From the NCBI GenBank assembly GCA_947444305.1, contig CANEZP010000008.1, positions 86,682-150,681 of the forward strand: a stretch of DNA of 64,000 nt, in the 5' to 3' direction. This document shows, one piece after another, positions 9,831 to 18,703 of this stretch. The translations under genes were made by a program, and so were the position numbers. The notes under the pieces were generated by a model. The model saw only the letters and a list, made by a program, of their open reading frames with translations, made no database searches and was not told the DNA's origin. How positions within the stretch are numbered: the first letter of the stretch is position 1; every line of letters starts with the position of its first letter. Source of the stretch: Pseudobdellovibrionaceae bacterium. GTDB taxonomy: Bacteria > Bdellovibrionota > Bdellovibrionia > Bdellovibrionales > UBA1609.

Positions 9831-9882
9831 GGCGCTCCGTACCCTACGGGGTGGTCCGTACCCGCCTAGGGTACGGAGCGCC
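9831..9882. terminator. Perfect 15-bp inverted repeat between convergent genes (putative bidirectional terminator)
   Basis: ggcgctccgtaccct (9831-9845) pairs with agggtacggagcgcc (9868-9882). It starts 3 nt after the spoVG stop and ends 10 nt before the stop of the convergent gene. No U-tract. Confidence 0.5.
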
Positions 9883-9891
9883 TAAGGAATC

Positions 9892-11151
9892 CTACGGAAT
9901 GTACGGGACGTTGAAGCCCCGCTTTTCGGCCGGAGCCGCGCCCGAAAACAAATCGTAATTCAAGGCCCAGCCGAGTTTGTTCGTCTTCAGCGCGAACAAT
10001 GAGCGTGCGGCGAGCGCGAGTTTTGCGTCGTCGACGACTTTTTCTTCCACTAACGCATCTAAATCACTAAAGCGCCATTGCCGGATCATGCGGTCGCGCG
10101 GTTCCGTATCGTAGCGCGAAGACAAAACGACTACGCCCGCGGCGTTCGGCCGCCAGTAATACGAGTTCGCCGTTACGAAAGTCAGATTGTTCGCGACCTG
10201 GTCGAGGCGCGAATGCGTTACCGTGCCCGCGGCGCGCACCAACTGTTTGCTCAAAACTTGCCCGCCGTTCACGTAATAGATCCGCACCCCGCCCTCGGTG
10301 TAGTCGGTCGTGAGAATGTGCGCGTCCAAACCTTTCGCGCGCCAGATGACCGAGCCGCTGAGCGAGGTCGGGAGGTTGGTCAACGAACCGGCATCCGTAT
10401 CGACGACCGCCATGCGTGATTTTGTCGCGATCATCACTTGATCGGGCCGACCACGCACCGGCGCGAGCCACTCGATGCCGGTTAGGCCCGTGTTGATTGG
10501 AGCACCGATCGTCGTCCAAGCGCCGGAGCTCATCGTGGCGTCCATGTCCACTTTCACGATCGAACCGTCGCTCAGCGCGAGGATCAAACGTCCACCGTCG
10601 TCGATGTCGCCGGCCGCGATCGTGCGGTTGTTACCGAGATCGGGCCCGCCCTTCCAAGATTTGAGCACGCTCCCGTCGGCGTTGAGCTTCATCATTCCGA
10701 CCGACATCAAAGAATCGTAAATAACGATCACGCCGAGCGAGGGACGAAACGCCGCGGACACCGGGGTTCCAATAAAGCGTATCGGATTGTGCGTCGCCCC
10801 ACCCGCCCGGTCGTACACCGAAAGATGCTTCGTCGTAAAATCGATGATGTAATTGCCCCTCAAATTGTAGAGCACGGTGTGCGGAAGCCCCGGGTTCAGA
10901 ACCGCGAGGCTGCGTTCGATGTTCATGTTCGCGAGATTGAACTGATGAATGCGGCTAACGGTGGGATCATAAACCACGATCTGGTTCACGTCATTGCCGG
11001 CGTCGTCGTTCAGCGAGGACATATCTTCGAGCTTTGCGCCGATCGCGCTGGCGGGCTGAGGCTCGGCGAAGAAGCGAGCATCGCAAGCCGAAATCAGAAG
11101 CGGCATGGCCAAAGCGAAAAATATATTAAGAGCACGAGATTTAGAACGCAT
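9892..11151 (-). CDS. Lipoprotein, function unknown (repeat/beta-rich)
   Basis: 419 aa. Signal peptide with lipobox LLISAC. Last gene of a 3-gene operon (11-nt overlap with the upstream gene). Confidence 0.65.
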   Translation of the reverse strand: MRSKSRALNIFFALAMPLLISACDARFFAEPQPASAIGAKLEDMSSLNDDAGNDVNQIVVYDPTVSRIHQFNLANMNIERSLAVLNPGLPHTVLYNLRGNYIIDFTTKHLSVYDRAGGATHNPIRFIGTPVSAAFRPSLGVIVIYDSLMSVGMMKLNADGSVLKSWKGGPDLGNNRTIAAGDIDDGGRLILALSDGSIVKVDMDATMSSGAWTTIGAPINTGLTGIEWLAPVRGRPDQVMIATKSRMAVVDTDAGSLTNLPTSLSGSVIWRAKGLDAHILTTDYTEGGVRIYYVNGGQVLSKQLVRAAGTVTHSRLDQVANNLTFVTANSYYWRPNAAGVVVLSSRYDTEPRDRMIRQWRFSDLDALVEEKVVDDAKLALAARSLFALKTNKLGWALNYDLFSGAAPAEKRGFNVPYIP

Positions 11152-12325
11152 AAGCCACCCCTAAGTATTGCGAGAGAAGATTCGATTTGTAGTTCACGTT
11201 TACGTTTTCGTATTTGTACGGATGCACTTCGTAAGAGAGCCCCGCGTAGCCCCAAAAACCCCAGAAGATCGGCAAATAGTAATTCACCGCGACGCTTCCG
11301 CCCCAGGTTTTGGCCGAGTACTTCAAATCAAAAGTTTCGCTGAGCTTAAGATCGGACTTCACGTAATCGGCCATGACTTGGATCAAGAAGTGCGATTGGC
11401 CCCAGAAGGTTTCCGGATCGCGGAACGGAAACATGCGGTAGCCTACGCCGAAGCTGTAAATATTCACGTTCTCTTCGACCTTGACCGCGCCGCCTAAAAC
11501 TTTTTTGTCGTTCGCTTCCAGCCGGTATGATGCCGCGAACACGAAGTCTCCGAGTGCGTAGTGCGCGGTCAACTGCGAGCGCGAGAAATCTTCGCTCGCG
11601 AAAGTGCCTTTTGGTTTATCGTTCATGTTAGCCACGCCGAAATTCATGCCCAGCCAGAAGCGCTTCCAACTTTGCGAACGGTTGAGTCGCGCGCGGTAGC
11701 TTTTGATTTCGTACGGATACTGCACTTGCAAAACGGCCGCGCTCGCCCCCATGGCGTTGAGCAAACGACGTCCGCCCTCTTGCCCGTCGAAAGGTCCCAC
11801 GTCGCCTTCGTCCTGCATCGCTTTGCCGTTGAGGGCGGTGAGATGCAGCAGTTCGTGGGTCAGCAGGAACACGCGCTCGAACTGTTTGAGATCCAGGAAA
11901 CGTTTAAGATTGAGCGTGATCTCGCGCTTATCGCGATTGGTGACGGCGTCCACCGCGCGGGTCTCGCCCCGGTCGGACACGCGGATTTCTTCGTTGGTCC
12001 AACGGAAGCTGACGGTGTTCGGGTTGTAGACCATGCGTAAGATCTCAGGCGCCTGTTTGAAGAGCGCGTTGCTGCAGTAATCACGCTGCTTCTCGTTCAG
12101 GGCGCGCAAAGGTTCACATACCGAGCGATTGCGAAAGGTGTCGTTGCAGCGGCAGAACTCAACGTCTACCTCGTCTTTACGTTTCTCGATCGCGCGAAAC
12201 GCTTCCGCGACTTGTTTCTTCGTGACCGAGAGCTCGACGTCACCCGCCCCGCCCCCGTTTCCGACGAACGTGTTCGCGTGCGACGCGATCGGCATGAGTA
12301 TGAGCAACCACAACAAATGTTTCAT
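11141..12325 (-). CDS. Secreted protein: N-terminal HExxH domain fused to a C-terminal beta-barrel-like domain
   Basis: 394 aa. Signal peptide, GNGGGAGD, LLTHELLHL (HExxH), then an alternating aromatic/glycine-rich C-terminal half ending ..YLGVAYAF (OMP-like terminal Phe). Confidence 0.65.
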   Translation of the reverse strand: MKHLLWLLILMPIASHANTFVGNGGGAGDVELSVTKKQVAEAFRAIEKRKDEVDVEFCRCNDTFRNRSVCEPLRALNEKQRDYCSNALFKQAPEILRMVYNPNTVSFRWTNEEIRVSDRGETRAVDAVTNRDKREITLNLKRFLDLKQFERVFLLTHELLHLTALNGKAMQDEGDVGPFDGQEGGRRLLNAMGASAAVLQVQYPYEIKSYRARLNRSQSWKRFWLGMNFGVANMNDKPKGTFASEDFSRSQLTAHYALGDFVFAASYRLEANDKKVLGGAVKVEENVNIYSFGVGYRMFPFRDPETFWGQSHFLIQVMADYVKSDLKLSETFDLKYSAKTWGGSVAVNYYLPIFWGFWGYAGLSYEVHPYKYENVNVNYKSNLLSQYLGVAYAF

Positions 12326-13149
12326 TCGAGTTTCCCTCCTACAGGACTCAAATTAATGATGAATTGGTAAAGGCGATTCCCTGCCTTCTCCGGATTTTTC
12401 GCGGCGAAATCTTTTAGCTTCTCGGTGAACTCTTGAATCAAACCGTTCAGCTCTTCGTACCGTTGTTCATCAAGCGTGATGATCAAAGTGTTGGCTAAAC
12501 GCTCGTTCGGTTGAAATAGATCAAGCGCGACCTTCGCCAAACTCAAAGCGCCTTTGTGAAACTGCCGGATCTTGCGGCTGGGCACGTTCGGTTCACTAAT
12601 CGCGAGCGTCGTGTCGAGCACCACGCGGCCGTCGATGGTCTTGCGCAAATAACCCTCGCGCAGCAGGAATTGAACGGCCTTCGCGATGCGTTTCGGCGGC
12701 ACGACGGTCATCAATTGTTTTTTGATCAGCTCAGGGTTTTTTTGTACGGCGGGGATGTGGAAGAAGTCTTTAACGTAAACGTTGATCCAATCCGACAACA
12801 GGCCGAGTCCGACGTCTTTGCGCGTGCCCGTCGCTGAAGGTGCGAAGCCGTCTTCCAGAAAATCTTTGTCTTCGAGTTGTCCCAACCACTTACGAAAGTA
12901 GATTTTTTCGGAAACGTTGAGGTTCAGCAGTTTCGAGAACTCATCCGCCCGGTCGAGCGTGAGCGTGCGCTTACCTTGAATGACCAACGACACCAGCGCG
13001 GGCGAAATCTTGCGCAGGCGTTTGACCGAACGAAAGACGCTGAAGCCCGCTTCCGTGTTTTTACGAAAGCGGATCATGTCCTTCACAAACTCGGCAGGAT
13101 CGTCGTATTGACTGATCGTCGGTCGGTTCATGTGGCTGGAGACTCCCAT
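12322..13149 (-). CDS. TIGR02147-like protein (putative HTH regulator)
   Basis: 275 aa. The N-terminal pattern Y.D...F..D....RK...GFS.R..........SP.LVS.VI.GKR.LT matches my recollection of the TIGR02147 family. Paralog at 52018-52839. Confidence 0.6.
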   Translation of the reverse strand: MGVSSHMNRPTISQYDDPAEFVKDMIRFRKNTEAGFSVFRSVKRLRKISPALVSLVIQGKRTLTLDRADEFSKLLNLNVSEKIYFRKWLGQLEDKDFLEDGFAPSATGTRKDVGLGLLSDWINVYVKDFFHIPAVQKNPELIKKQLMTVVPPKRIAKAVQFLLREGYLRKTIDGRVVLDTTLAISEPNVPSRKIRQFHKGALSLAKVALDLFQPNERLANTLIITLDEQRYEELNGLIQEFTEKLKDFAAKNPEKAGNRLYQFIINLSPVGGKLE

Positions 13150-13326
13150 TTTTTACGTTTCGCTATCCGCATAGTTCATCGCCAGACTAAATATAAAAAT
13201 GAGCGATAACAATGGCTTGTGAAGAATCTATTTTCACTTTGTAAAAATATGGGAATGGATAAAAGGATCGGTCACTTAAGCGCCAGCGGGCCTTCCCGGC
13301 CGTGCATTCGGGTTCATCAAATCGAT

Positions 13327-13998
13327 TTAGTTGTGGTTTAGGAGGGCTGCTTTCTTCAATTTTTGCAGCTCTTCACGCAGATCCGGATCGGCCTTTAGCC
13401 GGGCACAAATCTCCGCGCCAAGCTTTTGCCCCGCCAGCACGTCGGAAGGATGATGAAGCCCGATCGTCGCGCGTAGATCCCCGAGCCACTGACCGAACGT
13501 TTTCAAATCTTCGGTTTTTTCTGGAAACACTTCGATGAGCAAACAGCTCACCGCCGAGGCCACCGCCGCGTGCGAAGACGGATAAGACTTCGCTCCGCCC
13601 GGGGTCGTCACGCAAGGCTTCACCCTAGGATTTGTGTCGTAAGGCCGGGGCCGGTCGAACTTATCTTTATGGTAGCCGGCAACCCGCTCGGTGAACTCGC
13701 CCACCTGCTCCATCAGCGGTTTAACCAACGCCATCTCGGTAACGTCGAGCAGTTCGCTCTGGAAGAGTGTCTTAAATGCCGGGAACCTCATTCGCTTCCC
13801 CTGCCAGCAATCCTCCGCACTGCGCCCGGCCTGCAACTTGAGCAGAGTTTCAAAATCCTTCGCGTAAGCTTCCGACCCGGGGGCCGGAAAGGCCTCAAGC
13901 GTAAAATCGGCCGAAGGAATGTCCTTCCAAGCCGCGAAAACAGGATGAGCAAACAGACTGAGAAGCGCCAGCAAGGTAGCGAGAGTATTCAATTTCAT
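13327..13998 (-). CDS. PAP2-family (class A acid) phosphatase, secreted
   Basis: 223 aa. Signal peptide. PAP2 motifs KDKFDRPRP, SYPSSHA, GLHHPSDV. Confidence 0.8.
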   Translation of the reverse strand: MKLNTLATLLALLSLFAHPVFAAWKDIPSADFTLEAFPAPGSEAYAKDFETLLKLQAGRSAEDCWQGKRMRFPAFKTLFQSELLDVTEMALVKPLMEQVGEFTERVAGYHKDKFDRPRPYDTNPRVKPCVTTPGGAKSYPSSHAAVASAVSCLLIEVFPEKTEDLKTFGQWLGDLRATIGLHHPSDVLAGQKLGAEICARLKADPDLREELQKLKKAALLNHN

Positions 13999-14159
13999 CC
14001 GATCTGCTTCTCAGATAGGCATCTCATGGTCAACGGCAACGCTCCGCACTGTCGCGACGGCAGCGCAATGCAACGGAGGCCTCAAACCCGCAAAATCACT
14101 TGCCTTGAACGCCAGTTTATTGGAAATCTCAATGTTCCAATCGTTTCTGTATTCCGTGT

Positions 14160-14235
14160 TGGGGTGTCGGCAAGCTGGTAAGCCTTCAGATTTTGATTCT
14201 GACATTCGCAGGTTCGAGTCCTGCCACCCCATCCA
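14160..14235 (+). tRNA. tRNA-Gln (anticodon UUG), CCA encoded
   Basis: Manual cloverleaf. Acceptor tggggtg/cacccca, D arm ggc-aagctggtaa-gcc, anticodon arm tcaga-ttTTGat-tctga, variable loop cattc, T arm gcagg-ttcgagt-cctgc, discriminator t, then CCA. 76 nt. Resembles E. coli tRNA-Gln. Confidence 0.9.
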
Positions 14236-14240
14236 ATTTC
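14220..14240 (+). repeat. attL-type core: tRNA-Gln 3' end (cctgccaccccatccaatttc)
   Basis: This 21-mer recurs as direct repeats at 25664-25682, 28846-28866 and 30041-30056, with a partial copy at 29021-29033. Confidence 0.7.
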
Positions 14241-14243
14241 TTT

Positions 14244-15335
14244 CTAACTCCCCGAAATCAAACGCAGTTTTTTTGACAGAATATGGGTTGAGGGTTTTTG
14301 CGGGTCAACGTTTGCCCCGAACATCACATCTGTTGCCCCATCCACTCTGAAAACATCACTCAAGGCACTCGAAACCTTCTGCTTCTGATGATCCGTTTCG
14401 CCCGTATATCTGCGGGTCACTCTTACGGAAGAGTGTCCGAGAAAACGAGAGATCGCATCGATATCACCAGTCGCTTCGTTTGCGAGTGTAGCCGATGTTC
14501 TTCTCATGAAATGAGTTCCGCTTACGTGCGTGAAGCCTAGCGATTTAAGCATCGTGTTGTAGTACGTCGCGATTGTTTTCCTATTTAACGGACTTCCATC
14601 GTGACGTGGCATCAACAGCGGGTTCTTTGGATCACTTACATCGATCAGGCCTTTAAGCTCCGGCACCAACTCCAAAGGAATCGGTAGATAACGAACACGC
14701 TTTGTCTTCGTGTGCTCTTTAATTTTGGGCTCCCATGTACGGAAGTCCCAATGAACACTTCTACGAATCGTTATCACGCGCTTGTTGAGGTCGACGCAGT
14801 CTTTATAGAGTGCGCACACCTCACCGATCCTAAGGGCAAAGAAGTACTGTAGGAGTGCTGTGTAGTAGTAGGTCCGATGTCGATTCTTAAGTCTTTGAAG
14901 AAACGCGATGGTTTCTTCAGAGTTTAAGTACTTCACTTCACCTTCTACGTTCGGCACCAGCGTGGTCATCTTCTTTAGCTTCTTAAAAGAAGGCATTGCA
15001 TAGCCAGCCCCTTCCGGAACCTCCTCTTTATAGAACTGAAGAATGACTCGTAACATCTGCCATTCCTTCATGAAGGATTTTCTTCTGAAGGATCTGGGAA
15101 AGTCATTCATCCAAAAATACGCGAGGCGGTTCAAAACCTGGCCATCGATCTTATTCACCGGATAATCGAGAAGGAAGTCCACCGCGGGAAGTAGATTTTC
15201 GTACTTCTGCTGCGTACTTTCCTCGATCAAAAGAAAATGGAACTTCTTCCACACCACGATGAGATCGCGAAACAAGAACCCGAGGGTCCTTTCTCCTTCG
15301 ACGTCCATCGTAAGGCTAGAGTCTTCAAGACTCAT
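14244..15335 (-). CDS. int: Tyrosine recombinase / phage-type integrase
   Basis: 363 aa. Catalytic signature ALRIGE (Arg), HFMRRT (HxxR), LGHSSVRVTRRY (His, Tyr). The stop lies 9 nt from the tRNA end. Confidence 0.9.
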   Translation of the reverse strand: MSLEDSSLTMDVEGERTLGFLFRDLIVVWKKFHFLLIEESTQQKYENLLPAVDFLLDYPVNKIDGQVLNRLAYFWMNDFPRSFRRKSFMKEWQMLRVILQFYKEEVPEGAGYAMPSFKKLKKMTTLVPNVEGEVKYLNSEETIAFLQRLKNRHRTYYYTALLQYFFALRIGEVCALYKDCVDLNKRVITIRRSVHWDFRTWEPKIKEHTKTKRVRYLPIPLELVPELKGLIDVSDPKNPLLMPRHDGSPLNRKTIATYYNTMLKSLGFTHVSGTHFMRRTSATLANEATGDIDAISRFLGHSSVRVTRRYTGETDHQKQKVSSALSDVFRVDGATDVMFGANVDPQKPSTHILSKKLRLISGS

Positions 15336-15538
15336 TTCTTGGCCCGTGTTCTTGAACTTTATCGCATCGACGATGTTCGGGAAGAAAGACTGTTCGCGCT
15401 TACTTACCCCTCCGACTTGGATTCGTCTGACTGCGCGATATTTTCCCGTAGGCTTCCAAATCGAAGCCGCTTCACACCAATAGAACTGCTAATAAATCCC
15501 CGGCTTATTTTTAACCGGGACTTCTTTTCTAGTCGATT

Positions 15539-15781
15539 TCATCTAGTGCCTCCTTTGGAGAACCACTCACGAACCCGTGTAGGATGAAACCGCAAAAGCC
15601 TTCCGACTTTAGAAAAGGGAATTGAACCTTCAGCAACTAATCGTCGAATATGCCGAGGTGAACACTTAAGCTCCCTAGCGACATCTTCGACGTCCCAAAC
15701 CAACGAATTTTCAAAGACCAACGGCGGATATTCCTCCGCCTTTAGAGAACTATTTCTCATTCTTTCTCCTTCGGAAATCAA
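15539..15781 (-). CDS. xis: Excisionase-type helix-turn-helix DNA-binding protein
   Basis: 80 aa. WDVEDVARELKCSPRHIRRLVAEGSIPFSKVGRLLRFHPTRVREW matches the MerR-superfamily excisionase HTH pattern. It lies upstream of int. Confidence 0.7.
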   Translation of the reverse strand: MISEGERMRNSSLKAEEYPPLVFENSLVWDVEDVARELKCSPRHIRRLVAEGSIPFSKVGRLLRFHPTRVREWFSKGGTR

Positions 15782-15966
15782 ACAAAGATATTTTTTCGAT
15801 TAGAATCTGAAACGATCTGTCTTAGTGCTTTAACAAGCTGAAGTGTGTATTTACGCGAGAGTAAACCAGGCGCTTCAGATCCCTTGCGACTGTTGACTGG
15901 GCATCTCAATGAATTATTGAACAAAACTTGCGCGCATTGCCTTACGAGCAACAAAATTTTTCGCAA
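15778..15966 (-). CDS. Small hypothetical ORF upstream of xis
   Basis: 62 aa with a 4-nt overlap on the xis start. No recognisable motif. Confidence 0.25.
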   Translation of the reverse strand: MRKILLLVRQCAQVLFNNSLRCPVNSRKGSEAPGLLSRKYTLQLVKALRQIVSDSNRKNIFV

Positions 15967-15989
15967 AAAAGCTATAAAAGATTATCTAA

Positions 15990-16025
15990 CGAATCGATCC
16001 TATCCCACGAATCGATGCCATCCCA
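15990..16025 (+). repeat. Tandem 18-bp direct repeat (2 copies)
   Basis: cgaatcgatcctatccca followed by cgaatcgatgccatccca (16/18 identical), in the non-coding part of island A. Confidence 0.8.
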
Positions 16026-16140
16026 CCCACGACCCACCGAGACCGTATTTACATTTCATATTTTCTCTCTTCTGCCCCCATCCCCGCTTATCTGTAATCC
16101 TTATTTTCTTCTCTCTCCATACTTCCTCCCTCCCCTCGCC

Positions 16141-16247
16141 CGCCACCTTCCCCATGGTTTGACACCAGCAATTGACCATTTCCCCGAAACATCGTGGAGG
16201 GGGAGTGGTCAATTGCGACCAGGGGGCAAAGCGTGGGGAAGGTGGCG
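16141..16247. repeat. 107-bp imperfect palindrome (long hairpin/cruciform potential)
   Basis: Outer arms cgccaccttcccca (16141-16154) and tggggaaggtggcg (16234-16247) are perfect. Inner arms caattgacca (16169-16178) and tggtcaattg (16206-16215) are perfect. The sequence between them is imperfectly paired. Confidence 0.8.
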
Positions 16248-16449
16248 GAACTAGGGCCATGGATTGACACGGAAATTTCGATTTCACCACCGACTGCCGC
16301 GCGCCTCGCAATGCGAACTTAATTCGCGATCTTTTCAAATGAATTCGCGATGAGGTTCGCATCTTCAAGACGGTTTTATCCCTTCCTTAGGGTAAATTTG
16401 AACACTGTCTCTGAAGAGAGGTTGAGCGGTACGCTGATTTCGGCGCTAA

Positions 16450-16875
16450 CTAATCCTCGGAAGCGATCTCGATCGAGAAATTACGAAGCCTTGCCTCAAT
16501 CGAATCGCGTGCGATGCGGAATCTTTGAAGCAGCTCATCTTCCGGTAACGGCTCTTTGGACGCTGGATCTGGAAAGGGCCAATGAAGCCGCTTTGCATTC
16601 GGTGCCACCACCGTCGGGCATACTTCTTCCGCACAAAGAGTGATCACAAAATCTAGGCGCTCCAGAAAGTCCGCTGGAATCTCTTTTATGCTTTTTGAAA
16701 AGTGCCGGGAGATATCGACTCCCTTTTCTGCCATTACTTTAACCGCAACAGGATTTAATTGGCCTGGCTCCGAACCTGCGCTCTCGACTTGAGCTTTGGG
16801 GAAAATCTTTCGAGCTAGGCCTTCAGCCAACTGACTCCTCGCCGAATTCGCCACGCACATGAATAAGATCTTCAA
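16450..16875 (-). CDS. arsC: Arsenate reductase, LMW-PTPase family
   Basis: 141 aa. ILFMCVANSARSQLAEG (CX5R P-loop) plus downstream Cys pair LCAEEVCP. Confidence 0.9.
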   Translation of the reverse strand: MKILFMCVANSARSQLAEGLARKIFPKAQVESAGSEPGQLNPVAVKVMAEKGVDISRHFSKSIKEIPADFLERLDFVITLCAEEVCPTVVAPNAKRLHWPFPDPASKEPLPEDELLQRFRIARDSIEARLRNFSIEIASED

Positions 16876-16887
16876 AGTTCCTCCGGC

Positions 16888-17586
16888 CTAGATTTTCGCA
16901 AGATCAACCTTGGATGCTCGTTCTTTTCTTTCGCTGTACCGATCCACTAAAAATTCGCGATGGTCCCGGGTCAAATAGGTAAAGCGCATAAGCTCTTCTA
17001 AGACGTCCACTACCCGGTCGCGGTAGGAGGAGTCTTTCATTTGACCATTCTCGTGAAACTCGTCATAGGCTTTCGCAACGGAGGACTGGTTAGGGATCGT
17101 TATCATGCGCATCCACCGGCCAAGAAGCCTCAAAGAATTGACCGCATTAAACGACTGAGAACCGCCAGACACTTGCATAATCGCAAGGGTGCGGCCTTGA
17201 GTCGGCCGCTGTCCTGCGTATTCTAGCGGAATCCAATCAATTTGATTCTTCATAACACCAGAGAGATTTCCATGCATTTCGGGCGTTACCCATACCTGAC
17301 CTTCCGACCAAAGACTCAGCTCACGCAGCTCTTTTACTTTAGGATGATCAGAATCTTGCTGATCGAAGACAGGCAAGCCTTTGGGGTCAAAAGTTTTTAC
17401 CTCGGTGCCCATGTAGCTCAGTACGCGCACGACCTCTTGAGATAGGAGGCGTGAAAAGGATTTTGCGCGTAGCGATCCGTGCAACACTAAAATTTTTGGC
17501 GGGTGCTTCGAAGAAGAATCTTGATCACCTTGAACGAGCAAATTGAATTTCTCGCCCGCTAGGTAATCTACGTTAGGAATTTCCAC
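16888..17586 (-). CDS. arsH: ArsH, NADPH-dependent FMN reductase
   Basis: [19 protein letters not shown] and the remaining ArsH-like core. I prefer GTG 17586 (preceded by GGGAGCAGG) over the longest-ORF TTG 17637, which would overlap acr3 by 65 nt. Confidence 0.85.
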   Translation of the reverse strand: MEIPNVDYLAGEKFNLLVQGDQDSSSKHPPKILVLHGSLRAKSFSRLLSQEVVRVLSYMGTEVKTFDPKGLPVFDQQDSDHPKVKELRELSLWSEGQVWVTPEMHGNLSGVMKNQIDWIPLEYAGQRPTQGRTLAIMQVSGGSQSFNAVNSLRLLGRWMRMITIPNQSSVAKAYDEFHENGQMKDSSYRDRVVDVLEELMRFTYLTRDHREFLVDRYSERKERASKVDLAKI

Positions 17587-18622
17587 GCACCTGCTCCCTG
17601 AAATATTGTTTACGAATCCAAAGTGAAACAGACACAAGTCCGATTAAAACCGGAACCTCGACCAGTGGCCCGATAACCGCCACAAATGCGGCTCCATGAT
17701 TTATACCAAAGGTCGCAATGGCGACGGCAATAGCTAACTCAAAATTATTTGAAGCGGCGGTAAAGGATAATGTAGCTGATTGTCTGTAGGGGGCACCGGC
17801 TTTGCCGCTCATGTAAAAGGAAACGATGAACATAATCAGAAAGTAGATCAATAGCGGAACCGCGATCCGGAAAACATCAAAAGGCAGACTAATGATCTGC
17901 TCGCCCTTGAGGGAGAACATCAGAACGATTGTGAATAATAGTGCCACTAACGCGATTGGTCCGATCCTCGGCAAAAATACGCTTTCGTACCACTCATCCC
18001 CTTTTGATCTGCGTAGAAAGAAACGAGTCAAAAAACCGGCTACAAAGGGTACGCCCAAGTACAAAAAAACCGCGGCCGCAACTTCCCCGATGGTGATCGC
18101 TACGTTCGTCTCCGGCATCCCGAATAAATGGGGGAGTGTTTTAAGAAAGAAAACCGCGTACACAGGAAAGAAGAGAACCTGAAAGATCGAATTGAAAGCA
18201 ACTAGGCCGGCGCAATATTCCCGGTCTCCGTCAGCCAAGTCATTCCACACAAGCACCATTGCGATACAGCGGGCGAGACCAATGAGGATGAGACCGATCA
18301 TATATTCAGGTCGGTTACGCAAAAAGATCGCTGCCAAGCCAAACATGAGCAACGGCCCGATCACCCAATTTTGTACAAGTGTAAGCAAAAGAATTTTTTT
18401 GTTTGAGAAAACCTGCCCTATTTCTTCATACTTAACTTTGGCAAGCGGCGGATACATCATGAGGATTAAACCAATTGCAATCGGAAACGAGGTCGTTCCT
18501 ACACTAAACCGCTGCAGAAACGGCACTACCCCGGGGACCATGTATCCCAATGCCACGCCAAAAAACATCGCGGCAAAGATCCAAACTGTAAGGTATCGAT
18601 CGAGGAAAGAAAGCCTTTTCAT
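17573..18622 (-). CDS. acr3: ACR3-family arsenite efflux permease
   Basis: [27 protein letters not shown] is a typical ACR3 N-terminus, and the protein is multi-TM throughout. I prefer ATG 18622 over the longest-ORF start 18691. Confidence 0.9.
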   Translation of the reverse strand: MKRLSFLDRYLTVWIFAAMFFGVALGYMVPGVVPFLQRFSVGTTSFPIAIGLILMMYPPLAKVKYEEIGQVFSNKKILLLTLVQNWVIGPLLMFGLAAIFLRNRPEYMIGLILIGLARCIAMVLVWNDLADGDREYCAGLVAFNSIFQVLFFPVYAVFFLKTLPHLFGMPETNVAITIGEVAAAVFLYLGVPFVAGFLTRFFLRRSKGDEWYESVFLPRIGPIALVALLFTIVLMFSLKGEQIISLPFDVFRIAVPLLIYFLIMFIVSFYMSGKAGAPYRQSATLSFTAASNNFELAIAVAIATFGINHGAAFVAVIGPLVEVPVLIGLVSVSLWIRKQYFREQVRGNS

Positions 18623-18703
18623 ACGCCAACCTTTGAGATCTGGGATCCAAGTGTTAATCCCCGGTTCATTGACTTTGAATAACACTTCCATTATTCCAGA
18701 ACA

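Noticed and set aside
15845-16368. Three overlapping ORFs (105, 108 and 122 aa) in the non-coding part of island A
   Set aside because: Their products are Pro/Ser/Leu- or Gly/Arg-rich translations of the polypyrimidine tract and palindrome. They have no RBS and overlap each other on both strands. I treated the region as a structured non-coding region.
17587-17637. 65-nt overlap between arsH (longest ORF, TTG start) and acr3
   Set aside because: This is an artefact of the longest-ORF rule. An in-frame GTG at 17586 preceded by GGGAGCAGG gives an ArsH of normal length with only a short overlap.
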